A program made the position numbers and the translations under genes. A stretch of DNA of 54,561 bases, the filler included, from Sluysia triapertura (lineage: Eukaryota): assembly GCA_046118255.1 (NCBI GenBank). It is 4 parts of 4 records of this genome, joined end to end, with 100 filler letters (N's around TTAATTAATTAA, not from the genome) between each part and the next. Parts side by side here need not be neighbours in the genome. Positions count along the whole stretch, not along the records: positions 24,598 to 38,314 come from JBJNIA010023621.1; 3 more parts are not named here. The stretch is one strand, 5' to 3'. Each line of letters starts with the position of its first letter. Positions within the stretch are counted from its first letter, which is position 1. Under the pieces are notes generated by a model. The model searched no databases, was not told where the DNA came from, and saw nothing but the letters and a program-made list of their open reading frames with translations. Of this stretch, positions 24,598 through 38,414 are shown one piece after another.

Positions 24598-27494
24598 ACC
24601 ATCCAAATCCATTTATCCGTAAACATAAGTGGGTCTTGTTCTCTCTACAATGGATCTTTGTCTCTACTTTGTTTTTATTTCTCCCTCTAATACTTTTCTT
24701 TTTAACTCTATTTTTCTGTGTGTTACAGAATTCAAATAATGGTTACGTTGTCTTTACACACTGACACACTAACACGCAATTCTCAATGTCCGCCTGAAAA
24801 ATCACAATAGGAGAGTGATTAAACAGTTAGTTGAGGTGTAAATTATTGACTTCATACAATATGCATATAGAAAGAGAAAAATAGAGATTAATCGATTTTA
24901 TTCGGTTTAAATTTTATTTGATTATATATTATAATATAACTTAGTAATAATAATTGAATTTTAATTATAAAATTATTTTTTTAATTCAAAACTTAATCGA
25001 AATTGTAATATTTAAATAGTTAAATATTTTTTAAAATAATTAAAAGAAAAGTAAATAGCAGTAGAAATCGATCTTTAAGATAATCGTATTATCTTAAAAT
25101 AATGTAACGTTAGAAAAACATAAAAGCATTTAAACAAACTCATTTATTTATTTATTGTCAAAAAAATAATTAATCAAGATATCTTTGGAAAAGTTTTATT
25201 TTCAATATTTCTAAATGTTAGTACTTTTTAAGGATTTTTTGGTTAAATTGCTCAGAAAGAAATATTTAAATAATTGTGAACAAAAAAGAAGTATTAATTA
25301 TAGGTATTTCCTGATTATACACAACCACTATTTGTAAGAACACTGTTTTCTTCATATGCTTTATTTGATTTTTTTAAATTTTCTCGGAATTACTAATGGT
25401 TTTCCTTTTGCATTTACATCTTGATGAATTACATCTTATCATACTTCCATTTCCGAAGTGCTTTTCGTCGTAAGCCGTTAACATCTGCTTCGAATACTTC
25501 TGAACATATGGGCCAATAAAGCCAATTATCTAATTATACTATGAATACTGTTTGAAAATGTATAATAAAGCAAATTATCTTTAAATAATCTTTATTTAAT
25601 ATAAGACTTTTTAAATGTTACTAAGCTAACATAAAGCTAACAAAAATTTCAATTTCTTTCATCTTACTCATATAAATAAACATATTACGATGTTCAATAA
25701 TTATAATAAACGATATTTTTAATTTATTAAATATCTTGATATCACGCTTATATGAATAAGAATTTTTGTATAAATAGCTAATTAAATAAGTATTAAAAAA
25801 CATTTAAGATTTTTACAATATTTCTGAGTTAATATTTAATTAATTGTCGATAATTAATCAAAGTAAGCATAATTTGGACACACAATAAAGCAAAAGAAAT
25901 TTAATATTGATTAAGTCATTACTAACCATTTTGTTCACAAATCTTTGCTTTTTGGGGAATACTTGTCTATTTCGATATTAAGTATCCGTTAGTTTTATCT
26001 ATCTATCTATCTATTTAAAACTTTCCAGGCAATTTAATACATTGCTGTTAAATTAATATTTAATTATATATTTTTATCTCTTTTGTTATTTATTCATTAA
26101 TAATATTTATTATAATAATATACTGTCATACATTTATTAAGAAAACGTTTAAAGACCTTCGAACATTTATGTATTGTTCATGTGTCCGCCATATGGTCAT
26201 AAGACATCAACTATAAATTTATTTTGCCTTGTATGAAATAAGAAATTAATCTCATAAACATTAAACAAATAATAGAAAATTGTACATATATTTTGTAACG
26301 AAATTTATGATATATACTATTTACTTAAAATTATAAAAATTAAATAGAATACATTGTAAATATCACGTTCAAATATTTTCAAAAACGAGGAAAATTTTTA
26401 TGCATAAAAATAAGAAGATTTTAAATCAATCAAAATCACTAAAATTTTGAATAGGAATATACATACTACAATTGATTACCAATATTTCCGAATCTGAAAA
26501 TAGTAGTTACAATCAGAATTCTGAATTTGAAGATACAAACTATAATTTATTAATCGATTATCAAAAATTTTAATTTTTAATATACAATTGAGTGGTATTT
26601 ATTGTATTCTCAGCCTAAAGATTAAAATAATTAAATTTACTGTCATTGTTGTGGTGTCACGCCTATCGTTAATAATTTTGTCATCCTTAACATTTATAAA
26701 ATTTCATACTCAACCTATTCACTTCACTATTACTTTCCTACATTAACATAAACTACAAATAATGCTCTCCAAACTCTAAACCTCATACTAAAATCATTTA
26801 TGTCAATATCATAGTTCCCTTCCCTCTGATTATCATCCACACCATCATTATCATCACTTTCAGTGTTATTTTTACCATTTTATTATTCTTATAATTTTTA
26901 CCAGGCATATTAATTTTATTATCCTACCGTTTTTATTATTTTTCAAAATTACAAAGAATTTTAAAAGTTAACGATTGTTTTAATATTGCTTTTTATATAT
27001 TGTTAAATAAACAATTAAATGTACAATTTTTATATATAGTTTTTATATAAATACATTTAAAAATTATTATAAAGACGTACATTTGTATTAATACCTTGGT
27101 TAAAATTTATGAACAATATTTCCAAGAAAAATATAGTTAAATAATTAAATTTGATTTGAATTTCAATTTATGAAGTTTTTATCTTTGAATATATAAAATG
27201 GATATAACAAACAAAAACCGAATACCACACTTGCTAATTCAGCACACTCCAATTGGTCCACATTGTCGTTTTCAAATGATTCCTGCTAAATGATTAGCGT
27301 TTATAAGTTTAAAATTTAAATTTAAATGATATTTATTAATTACTTTAATGAAATCAATTATTATAAATATGCAATTTAGGAATACTTTGTAATCACAATT
27401 TATATACATTTTTATTTCATCATTACAAAGATAACAATCAAGATTAACATATAATAACTTTATTTTTTAAAATAAACAACATTTAAACATAAAT

Positions 27495-28648
27495 TTAAAA
27501 TTTTATGTTTAAATGTTTATTGTCTTCTGAGTGCGCCTTACCACCCGTTTTACTTGTTTCCTAAATGATTTAAAATAAAATGAATAAAGGAATTGGAAAA
27601 TCATAGTTTTATAAAATAAACAAATATTAATTACTTTATAATTCCAGCCATTCTTGTAATGGATTGGATCTGAGCTAAATTCTCTTATTACGTTGCTAAT
27701 TCTACCAAAATAATTAATTGAATTTGAGTCTAAGCCAAAGTCGTTTTTTAATTCAGCAACATTATGTGCATATGTACATTTCTTACCATATCTGGAACAC
27801 TCTGCATTCAGTATTGTGATATAAGGGTAAATAATGATTTTAACATAACAAGAACGATTGTTATTTGCTCGAACAACTTTATATGTTGGAAATTTGTTAC
27901 TCTTGTGAATGGTGTTGACAAATTGACTAAATTGTTCGTTCTAACCGTATCGATGTCTACTATAAATTCAATGCATCTTTGTAGACAGAAATGTCAGGAT
28001 TGTTGTCACAACATTTGGTGCAAATACATTTGTTCAGGAGCATGGATCATTTTTGAATTCACATTAAAAATACTAAAATTATCGTGTGAATTATTACTTC
28101 TTTCGATAAAATATATTGCTATTTGATTTTCTTTAACAATCTCATGGAGAGGATGAGCCTCTTCTTGTTTCTTGCACGTACATGGCAAACGCAAACATTA
28201 ATTCTTTATCCCTTAGATGGTTATCGACTTGAATTAATTGTGAATTATAAGTTGCATTCTCTCGATTTAATCTAATATTTTCAATGTATGGATGTAAAAT
28301 GTACAAATCAAAACTGTAATTATTTAAACTATAATTATTAACAATCACTATATAATTTACACTTTGCAGCTTCAAATCTCGAATTAAAAGTTTCAATTTA
28401 CTTATATTTGTCAAAAGTACACAATGCGTAATTAAGCCTAAATTGCTTTGAAAACGATGCTTGATCCAGTTTATTCTCGAATATAAAGCTTTGTCAAGTA
28501 ATACAATAGCTAGATCAAAGCCTGATTTGTAAAAATTCAAATCAATTGGATCATTTTCAATATTGATGTCTACTTGATCAACAGATAATTCATTTTGATC
28601 TTTAAGAAAATCATCTATATAAGCAATCCAATTTTTCTTCATTTTCAA
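27495..28648 (-). pseudogene. Unkempt-type CCCH family gene, copy 2 (frameshifts and stops)
   Basis: ORFs 28142-28648 and 28006-28194, then ECSRYGKKCTYAHNVAEL (finger core 27764-27799, first Cys lost), NYFGRISNVIR and terminal intron 27634-27561. Confidence 0.7.
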
Positions 28649-28778
28649 ATATTCTTTTCGATTACTCAGGTAAAAATCAAATTAAATAGCGATTTTATTA
28701 ATACTGTTGTTCTTAAATTAGATACCAAATAAATTATTTATTTATAAAATTTCATGATGATATTTTTGTTCTGTATCT

Positions 28779-28927
28779 GAGTGGCTATCCAATCAAAACG
28801 CCTATAGCTGCTGTTGAAAATAGTTCCAATTGGGCAGTCACTCAAACACTGTACAAACAACAACGAGCCAGCACAAACAGAAATACAATCTTGGCACTTA
28901 CAATAAACATCTCTCAGTGATTGACAG
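28779..28927 (-). promoter_or_regulatory. Inverted CCAAT element upstream of copy 2, plus TGATTGACAG
   Basis: GAGTGGCTATCCAAT (28779-28793) ... ATTGGGCAGTCACTC (28829-28843); TGATTGACAG at 28918-28927. Confidence 0.55.
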
Positions 28928-29029
28928 TAGGCAATATTGATACAAAGTTATTTAATTACAGGCAGTTACAATATTTTGTTTAGTGCAAAATTAATTATGC
29001 AGTGATAAAAATGATGATTATTTATAAAA

Positions 29030-29700
29030 TTGAAAAATTAAAAATAAAGATAATAATAATAATGTTATTATTATTATTATAAAATACATAAATTTCTTTA
29101 AAAAATTACATGAACCTGCTGATATTTAAATTTCTTTTTATTTCTAGACATATTTGAAATTATTTAAAGATTTCTATCATCTTTGAAAGATTAGAAGGCT
29201 AAATGTTGAGGTTGTGGACTTAGTATTTTAAATTCAGGTTACGCATTTTGGATAAAATTTGAAGATGTAATTGTGGTTTTAATGTTATTAATTAATATGT
29301 TAAATGTTTTAAGTGAAATTTTAAATGCTATTTAATGGTTTTATCTGAAGATAAGTTTGAGTATTGAGAACTTATGACTTAAGTGTTTTGAGATAATACA
29401 TAAATGTTTTATGTGAATTTTTAAATATACATTGATGTTTTGAATGAAAGTAATATTTGGATGTTAGAAGATTGTGACTTAAAAATGCAATGAAAAAAGT
29501 GTGGTTTAGAGGGTATAAGGAAAATAAATTATAGTCTAGATTTTGGTACATTCTAAAAGGTAATTGTGTGATAATGAAAAATATGATTCTGATTATATTG
29601 ATATGAAGCTATGTGAAAATATGTTTCAAAGAGTTTTTTTAATGTGCTTTGCAGATTTTGAAAGTGAATGTGATTTTGTTGTATTTAAAAGTAAAAAAAA
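29030..29700 (-). repeat. TAA tract + module Y, homologous to 7220-8090
   Basis: AATGTTATTATTATTATTAT.AA...CATAAA and TTTCTT..TATTTCT...ATATTTGAAA are shared with 7255-7350. Minus-strand AATTCACATAAAACATTTAT vs AATTCACATTAAGACATTCAT in copy 1. Confidence 0.65.
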
Positions 29701-29711
29701 TTAAATAGAAT

Positions 29712-30402
29712 TTGTTAAAAGTAATAGGTTGGCCACCACAATTAGATGAATTGTATAGTTTGAAAACATTGGAAGTAATTAATCCAATGCCACTTGAACA
29801 ATATGATTTTGAGTTACCAAAATCTTTTGACATTTTAAAAGGTATTTCCTTTTCAAGAAGTAGATTTTCAGTGTTTAACAAACATAATATGAATACAAAT
29901 GTCAATAAGGTGTCCACCTTTATAGCCGTTTTAATCAACAAATTAACGAACTTCAAGTTGAAAGTATCCGAAATATTACATTTTATAAAGGAAAACCAGA
30001 TTTGAGTTATTAATAAAGCAGTTGTTTTCTATGATGAGACAATACATAATAATACTGATGTAATTAAGATAGAAACGGTAAATTATGTATATGTATCATT
30101 TTTATATATTTCCACTTATGATGGGTCTAGAACTCCGGAGATGAGAGCCAGTCTTGGAGACATACGACTTAATGTTGTTATCGAAGGAGATTTCATGTTG
30201 GTTCCAAATTATCTCATAAACAAGAGAAATTCCGAAGTGTTTGCGTTCTTGCAGTTTCTGTTTCAGATGAAGCCTTCATCGTGCCTCAGATGATTCCAAA
30301 TATAGTCAGGTTGCACCTATTGACTATTTCCGAGGGAAGTTTCCAATGCAGTTTGAAAACTTCTCTATTCATGTTCTTGACTACCTTCCTAGTGGTATTT
30401 AA
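29712..30402 (+). pseudogene. Disabled ORF homologous to the Gypsy-associated ORF at 49320-49801
   Basis: The frame stays open past one TGA (30003) to 30293, then shifts to KFPMQFENFSIHVLDYLPSGI*. The N- and C-terminal parts align with the 49.3-49.8 kb ORF. Confidence 0.6.
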
Positions 30403-30459
30403 AAAACTAATTATTTTAAATTACTTAAAGACATTGATTATGTCTATTCGTAACAAATA

Positions 30460-31020
30460 TTTTAAAACTAACTATTCTAATAAATATATTATCTCAATGT
30501 ATTTTCTCGTACCTATTGTACTTCATATAAACACAATACCAATTAATTTGCCTTTTAAAGGTTTTGCAGTCGCAGTAGTTACCCGCTGAAACAAGAATAC
30601 GTTTTAGATTAGACCAAATTTAAAATTTCGATCCGTACGTATGTTGCAATATACGAGAACATACCGTAATTGAAGATTTACACTGTTTCTCGCCATCATA
30701 TGTTCGTGATTTTTTTGTACGTTTTATGTTTTATAATTTTTATAAAATTTTTTACTGATTATGCATTAGATAAACGAAGTTTTTATTTTGTCTTATGCCT
30801 TTCAATTAATGAATTAATTCTTGGCCTTAAGCCTATTTTTCATTTCGAGTTTAAAACATTTTCTACGGACCTTAAGTCCAAGTTTTATAAAATAATCCTA
30901 ATTAATTTAATTGAGTTCTTCTTTTGTAAATCAGTTTTACTTAATTGTCACAAACACCTTTTAAATGCAGATCTTTTACCACAACTTTCTCAATTCAACT
31001 TTACTCGACCATCTCAATTG
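30460..31020 (+). repeat. LTR/3'UTR-like dispersed repeat
   Basis: GGCCTTAAGCCTATTTT (30823) is identical at 49135; similar motifs on the minus strand near 3544 and 51446. Boundaries are approximate. Confidence 0.45.
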
Positions 31021-31572
31021 TAATTATAATTGTAATTATAATTAATTACAGTTGTTTTTATAATTAAAAATTATCTTTATTCATTATTATTATTATTAAC
31101 GTTATTATTTAATTGTCTTGTCTTCATGTAAAGTGTCTAGTTAATAAATTTTATTGAATTTGATTTTCTTTATTGAAAGTAGCACCAAAGAGGAAAACTA
31201 AAATAAAATCACATCATAATTGAAAATAATAATTGTGATTAAAATTAAATTCCATCATTTTTACTAAGTTCCATCTTAAGATAAAAGAAAGACCTGCTTT
31301 TGCGCTTCTATTTCAGATCATCGATAGGAGTATTTGACCTCACACTTCCATATAAAATAAATATAAAGTATTAATATTACCGAGAAAGTAAACTATAAGG
31401 ATATAAAGTAAATTAATTATTAAACTAATTAGTAAATTAAAAGTTTAGGTTGTTATTGACGAATAATAATTTATATAAGTGAAGACACTTGGATCATTTT
31501 TGAAGACTAAAAGCGCATATTAGCAAAAGTTAAGAATTCATTATAAAGCAATTCAAAAACATTGAAGAATAA

Positions 31573-31865
31573 TGTTGGGGTAAAAGTCATAAAGTGCTGT
31601 GACGGTAATATTGATTATACTAAAATAAAAGTGTTAGAGGGGGCAGCACAATTGGCAGCAGTAGCACGAATATCAATTTCTTAAATAAACAATTAGTATC
31701 AGCCTTATTACATTAACTACATCCATTTATTTATATTTATTGTACCACATTATTTGATTATTTATGTACTTGATTTTGTTGTAAAATAAAAGTTTTCAAT
31801 TCATCGAAGAGCGAGAGGTCCCAGGTTCGATCCCCGGTCAGTCCATTATATGAAGTTTAACAATA
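31573..31865 (+). repeat. tRNA-containing cassette copy B, 5' half of tRNA replaced by ~160 bp of other sequence
   Basis: The leader aligns to copy A up to GGGGC (31644). The 3' half GCGAGAGGTCCCAGGTTCGATCCCCGGTCAGTCCA lies at 31811-31845 and the trailer is shared. Confidence 0.8.
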
Positions 31866-32502
31866 ATAACATTTTGTAAATTTTTAACTTTATATTCGTA
31901 ACAGACTATAGTTAGAACAAAGTGAGGACATAGATAAAAAGATTTAGAATATTATTAACAAGAATTCATAAAGAAAATTACATCAATTACCAATACATAT
32001 AAAATCTATAGAATGTAAGAAAGTATTCAAAGATAGTAAATTTTTATAAAGAACTACTGAGCATTTATTCAAAGTTTTATCATGATATTATTTGTTTATT
32101 TTCCCATATTAGTCATTGTTTATTAAATCATATATTATATTATGTTATTTATTATGTTATTATTTTCTGTTAAATATTTATTATTTCGGATATTATAATT
32201 AAATATACCTTTTATTGTATTTGCAAATATATAACGATTATTTATCTTTCTATTCCACTGTCTTCTCATTCTCTCTCTCTTTTTATTTCTCTTTCAATAT
32301 TTCATGCAACATTAATTTGAAATCTGTTATCTGGACAAATGTAACAAAGTATTGAGAGCATTTCATATCATCATAAACATCGTCATTTCTTTCATTATTA
32401 TAATTATTATCATTATGACTATTATTAAAATCATAATCTACATTAATATATAAAAATGTTTTTTTATGATTATTGCAATTTTCTTATTTCAAGAACAAAT
32501 GA

Positions 32503-32651
32503 NNNNNNNNNNNNNNNNNNNNNNNNNNNNNNNNNNNNNNNNNNNNNNNNNNNNNNNNNNNNNNNNNNNNNNNNNNNNNNNNNNNNNNNNNNNNNNNNNN
32601 NNNNNNNNNNNNNNNNNNNNNNNNNNNNNNNNNNNNNNNNNNNNNNNNNNN
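32503..32651. other. Scaffold gap (N run)
   Basis: Plain N run; ORFs spanning it are artefacts. Confidence 0.98.
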
Positions 32652-35600
32652 ATAATAATCATAATAATAATCATAATGATAATGCTAATGTTACATATAA
32701 ATAACTACATTTATATGAGCAGTTATTTAAGCAGAAAAGTTTGTAAAAACATAATTTATTAATAATAATTATTATTATTATAAAGCGGTATACTTTAATA
32801 TTATAATTTAATATTATAAATAAAAAATAATTTTTTAATAAAATATTACTAGACGATTTCTTAAAATTAAAAAATAAATGACAAATCAAATTTTTTATTA
32901 AAATTAAAATTATTTAATAGCATTATTTTTATATTTTAATATTACACTTTAACCATACTTCAAATTAAAAAGAAATATATTTTAGATAATAATTGAATAG
33001 AAATATCATTTGTTTTGTTGATGTTGTTGAAATTATTTAAACCAATTACCACTAAAATTAGAAGTAGAATCAAAGTTTAAATTGAAAGAATTTTGATAAT
33101 TTAAAGTTGGTACAGTCAAATCTGTTTTTGTGCGACTTTTTCTGATTGTTTTGCAAAAAAATACTTTAAAACCATTGTTGAAGTTTTTGATACGGTCTCT
33201 ATCCCCGCATGAAAACATTATTATTATTATCATTATTATTATCATTATGTTTAAAAATGAGTACTTCCAAAAGAAATTTTTTATGACTAAATGAGAATAA
33301 TTTACATATCTTTAATTGATAATATTAAACTTGACAGTAATTATTATTTTAAATAAAGACAAGGTGGCCTTTTAATTGTTTAAATAATAAGTAAAATATA
33401 ATTTTCAGAATTAATTGAAAATGATTTGCCAAAAAAAACCTTTACGATACTGAAAACAATAAATGAAAAAATGAAAAAAATTAAAATTTGACTATATAAT
33501 AAAATAAATTAATAATTATATAATGAAAATGAAATTAAATGTTTATAAATAATAAACAAAAGAAATTTTAAATGCAAAAAATCACAAAGTTTATAATAGT
33601 TTTTTTCTAAATAAAATTTACAAATAAAACAACAACGGTAACCAATTTTATATATTAAATTTTGTACACTTTTTAAAAGAAAATTGCATTATTATACCGT
33701 TACGTGCAAAAAACATTGAAGAAATGAAAATCTAATTGTAATAAAATATACTGTTACTCTCATTTTAACTTGATACAAACACCAATGAACGCAACAATAT
33801 AATGTTTCATTAAAAGCAAAAAAAAATTAAATGACTTTATTAAAGAAATCGTTAAATAATAAAAATTTAATGTTTATTGTTTATTTTATGGCGCTCATTT
33901 GACCACAATGTAAACATAAATATTTAATTTAATTAATTTATTTTCTACCGGTTAAACTTTCTACTAGTTTTAGTCTTCTCATCAATATATCGTCCATATG
34001 TAAAGTGTGTGTATGTGTTGTGTTGTTTATTTGTGTGTTGGTGTGTCTTTGTCAATGTTTATTAATGTGTCAAAGTATTATTCGCAATAACAAATTAACT
34101 GAAAATAAATAAATAAATAAATAACATGACAAAGTTTATTTTGATGAAGCAGGTCCGGTGGAAGACAAACAACAACAACAGTATTAGTAGTAGTAGTAGT
34201 AGTAATAGTTGCAGTGGTATTATAAAATCATACATTAACTTTGACAATAACAGTTTAAATAACTTTGTGCGACTATATATGATTAATTACGACTTTAATG
34301 ATATCAATAGAAGTGGACCAAATACTAGATGAATACGTAAAACATTATTATTTCATTTAATCTAAATTTTCTTAATTTAATTCTCAATATTAAAACGATA
34401 AAATATACTATTATATTAATAATGTTAGAAAACATATTTGTCATGACTAAATTTAATTTATAAACAAATTAATTAAAACATTTAATTTAAATTTAAATTT
34501 AAAGATTACCTTTAGAGATTTACAAAAAAATAATGATTATTATTATCAATACATTAATAATAATATTATCAATGATAATGTACGGTGGAATTGATTCTAA
34601 AATTCAAATTTAAAATAATCTATTAAAATGTAATATAAAAATCATTTTAAACTTATTTAGTTTAAGAATACTCAAAGTGTTTGAAAAAATGAGTCAACAT
34701 TAAAAAAATAAAAAGCAAAAAAATAGGAAATCGAAGAAGGTTTGAAATAATGACAAAAAAGACGGAATACTAACATACATAAACAAATAGAACTAGATAT
34801 ATTATATTATACAGCAGAATATAATGAGAAAATGTATACATAAATGTATAAGTAACCATGAAATTAAATTGGCTATATTATATTTGAATAAACAAAGAAA
34901 CAATTGATACATTTATAATCTTTACAAGCTTACAGAAGTTTTATTTAATACTCTTAGTAAATAATAACTATTATTTATAATTAATAAAGAATTATTTGAA
35001 GAAAATTTGGAAACATTAATGATTCGAATATCGAATAAATGGTAAAGTTTACACAGTTCTATTTTTTATTTACAACAATTGGCACTTTTTACCACTAACA
35101 TTAGGCACAAATTAAAGAATAATTCAATTAGATTAATTAAATTAAATATCAAATTTAATTAAAACTTATTCAAAGATAATTTGAATATTAGAAATAATTT
35201 AAATAAAATAATTTATTTTTTAATATTACAATAATAATTATACAAATAATAATAAATCTCAATTATGACCTTTTCTGTAAAGGTTGATAAAGTTTAATTC
35301 TAAATATCACTAAAACGTTGTCATTTTTTTAAAAAGCAAATCATATAAATAATAATAATAATAATAATTTTAGTTTTGTATTTCTTCTTATTTCTTTTAC
35401 TTTTTTATTTAAAATTATAAGTAATAAAAAAAGGTTTAAATGAATAACAACGAATCGGTTGTTATAGTAACAGCAACAAGAACAACAGCAACAGTTAACC
35501 CTATCGAAGATAAATTCTGATTTCATTCATTAATAATGCATTTTATTTACCATTTCATATTCAAAATCAATAGAAAAGGCAGACTTTAATGACACAATAT

Positions 35601-36681
35601 ATAAGCCATAATTTGACATAATATAGATTGTGTTATTAAAATACAACGTAGAGAAAACAAGTGATAATTAAATTTTCAAAAAATCAATAAAAAATTACTA
35701 ACATTATGTCAGAATAATGAATAACAATTTATTAATAAAAATGATTTTATTTTTATAAATTTATTGTTTTAATGCTTATAAATTGGAAATGTCTGATTTT
35801 GTTTGAATAATGTAAATCACATTTCAATGAAATCCCTAAGGAGATTAAATAGTAAATCAGTATTATTATTATTATTACTATCATTGTTATTATTATTATT
35901 ATTATTATTTAAAGAAATGAAGAAGCCTTTCGAGATGTGAGACTTAACGTAAAATACATTGTTATCATCATCTTCATCATTATCATCGTCATAGTTATTT
36001 AAAACATTGTCTAAATGTCAATTAGATGATGATAGCTGAATAATTTTTGAGTTATACCTGTATATACTTTCGAGAAAATCGCATGTGTATGAGAGTCATA
36101 GTGTATTTGTAAAATTTTTATGTAAAATGACCCTTTCCCTTGATAATAATAATAATAATTATTATTATTATTATTAAAGTTGAATTAAAATTAAGTATGC
36201 ATAATAATAATTATTATCATTATTTAAATCCAACAAAATCCGTGTTACAATTTATTAGGTCTATCTTATACTTAACAAAATTATAAATTTTTATAAAAAC
36301 ATATATTAACAATAACATTATTATTATAATAGTAATTATTAAAAAATAATAAAAATAAAAAGTCTCTTCAATTTTTATAACAACATACCTAATGAAATCT
36401 TTAAAAAATTCACTATAATAATAATAGTATTATTATTATTATTATTATTAATATTCATTGTATAATTAAAAGAATAGGCCATGTAAAATGTGGTAATGCT
36501 AGATTCTTTAGAATTATTCTAATTATTTTTGGACCACCTGATTCAAGAGACAGCATTCCCAAATTATTAGAATATATTTACAACCTCCTCATCTAAATTA
36601 TCATCATTATCATTGCCATTGTTATTCTTTTATATTTTATTCAGAATTTCTTTGATGCCCATACATAAATAACATTTTTGA

Positions 36682-36683
<2 letters not shown>

Positions 36684-36750
<67 letters not shown>
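36684..36750. repeat. (TTA)n microsatellite
   Basis: Directly visible. Confidence 0.95.
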
Positions 36751-38314
36751 CAACTAGAGTTTGAATGTGCTACTTTTCATGTACATGTTATACAAATAAT
36801 TAAATAAATACTTAAATAAAATAAAACAAAACAAATAGCTGCGAAAAGAAAACAAATAATACAACAAGAAAGTAAAAAAAGAAACATAGCAAAAAATGAA
36901 TAGAAGGGAAAATATGAAAAAAGATCTGTTACTAACGACAACGTGTTATTGAATAAACATTTTTCTTTCTTATTAATTTATGGATGTAAAATAATGTGAA
37001 AATAGTAATTTTAATATTTAAGCTGATAAAAATGGAATAATTTCTTTTATTAATTAAATAATTAATAAAAATACATTTATTGTAAACAATATAAAATTTT
37101 CTTTAATTATTAATAATTAAACAGAACATAATTAAATTGATTTGAGGTTCTAGATCGTTGGTAACAAAAATAATAATACATAAATAATAATTTTAAATTA
37201 CTTGCTCAAGTTTTACAATAAATAATCATTGAATTATTACTAATAATTAACTAATTATTAACTAATAATTAAATTCACTAACATAAATGTAAATTTTGAA
37301 AATTTTAATGATTTGAAATATTTACAGACAATCTAATTGGTTTGGTAAAAATGGGAGAATCAGTTAAATTTCAACTTTGTCATACAACTTTGTCAACTTA
37401 CATTTTTAATATACCATATAATTTTAACCATTTTTTAAATAAAATAAATTATATTTTGTATTGTTACGTTACTTATAAGTTATGTAATTTTTGTCATCTT
37501 TGTATATGCTAAAATTTGAAATATTAATAAATTTTGTAATTTGTAATCTTTATAATTATATTTATAACTTTTAATAATATTATTTAATTATATTATCAAC
37601 TGTAATTTTGTTGTTATAATTTAATTCTATTTTATTATTAATTTGGCTGTGTTTGAATTTGAATAATTTTTATATTTTATTTGACAATTTGAATTTTATT
37701 TCACAATCCATAAAAACTAATAATTCAAAATAATCTTATAAATAATTTTAATATTTTGTTTTAAATTAAAAAATTCATTAAATTAATTATATGTTGTTCA
37801 AACTTTAAGAATTCTAGAGTAGTCAAGGCCAATTAACTTGACTATAAATAGAATGACATTTTTATAAGTAACACACAAACACACACATGAAATTGTTTAA
37901 GAAATATTGATTTTTTCTTTCGAGATAATTCTATAGACAATTTGATTTTATTTCACGTTGACATTTATATATATATATTCGTTAGTTTTAAGAATTTTTA
38001 AGTTTTTCTACTCTTTTAACAAAAGTAGTTAGAATATACTTAAAATCTTTTAATAAAATTTATCTACCCTTTAAATTGGTAGAGATTTAAAATGTATTTT
38101 TTAATATTTCTAGAAATTTTAGGATGAATAATTTAAAATTATTAATCTAGTAAAGTTTTCATAAAGAATTACTAGATAATCAAATGACTCCTTGTGTATT
38201 AATATTGTATTGCTAGTATTTATTGAATAAATTTTGATTTATTAATGATTGTCATTAAAAAATACTAATTAACTTCTACAGTTTTAAAATTATATAAAAT
38301 CTTTAGACGAGTGA

Positions 38315-38414
38315 NNNNNNNNNNNNNNNNNNNNNNNNNNNNNNNNNNNNNNNNNNNNTTAATTAATTAANNNNNNNNNNNNNNNNNNNNNNNNNNNNNN
38401 NNNNNNNNNNNNNN
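38315..38414. other. Synthetic contig linker
   Basis: 44N-TTAATTAATTAA-44N. Confidence 0.95.

Noticed and set aside
33033-33245. Nuclear-receptor DNA-binding-domain resemblance (CGDR...FKVFFCKTIRK)
   Set aside because: Most zinc-ligand cysteines are absent, the spacing is wrong and no second finger is found.
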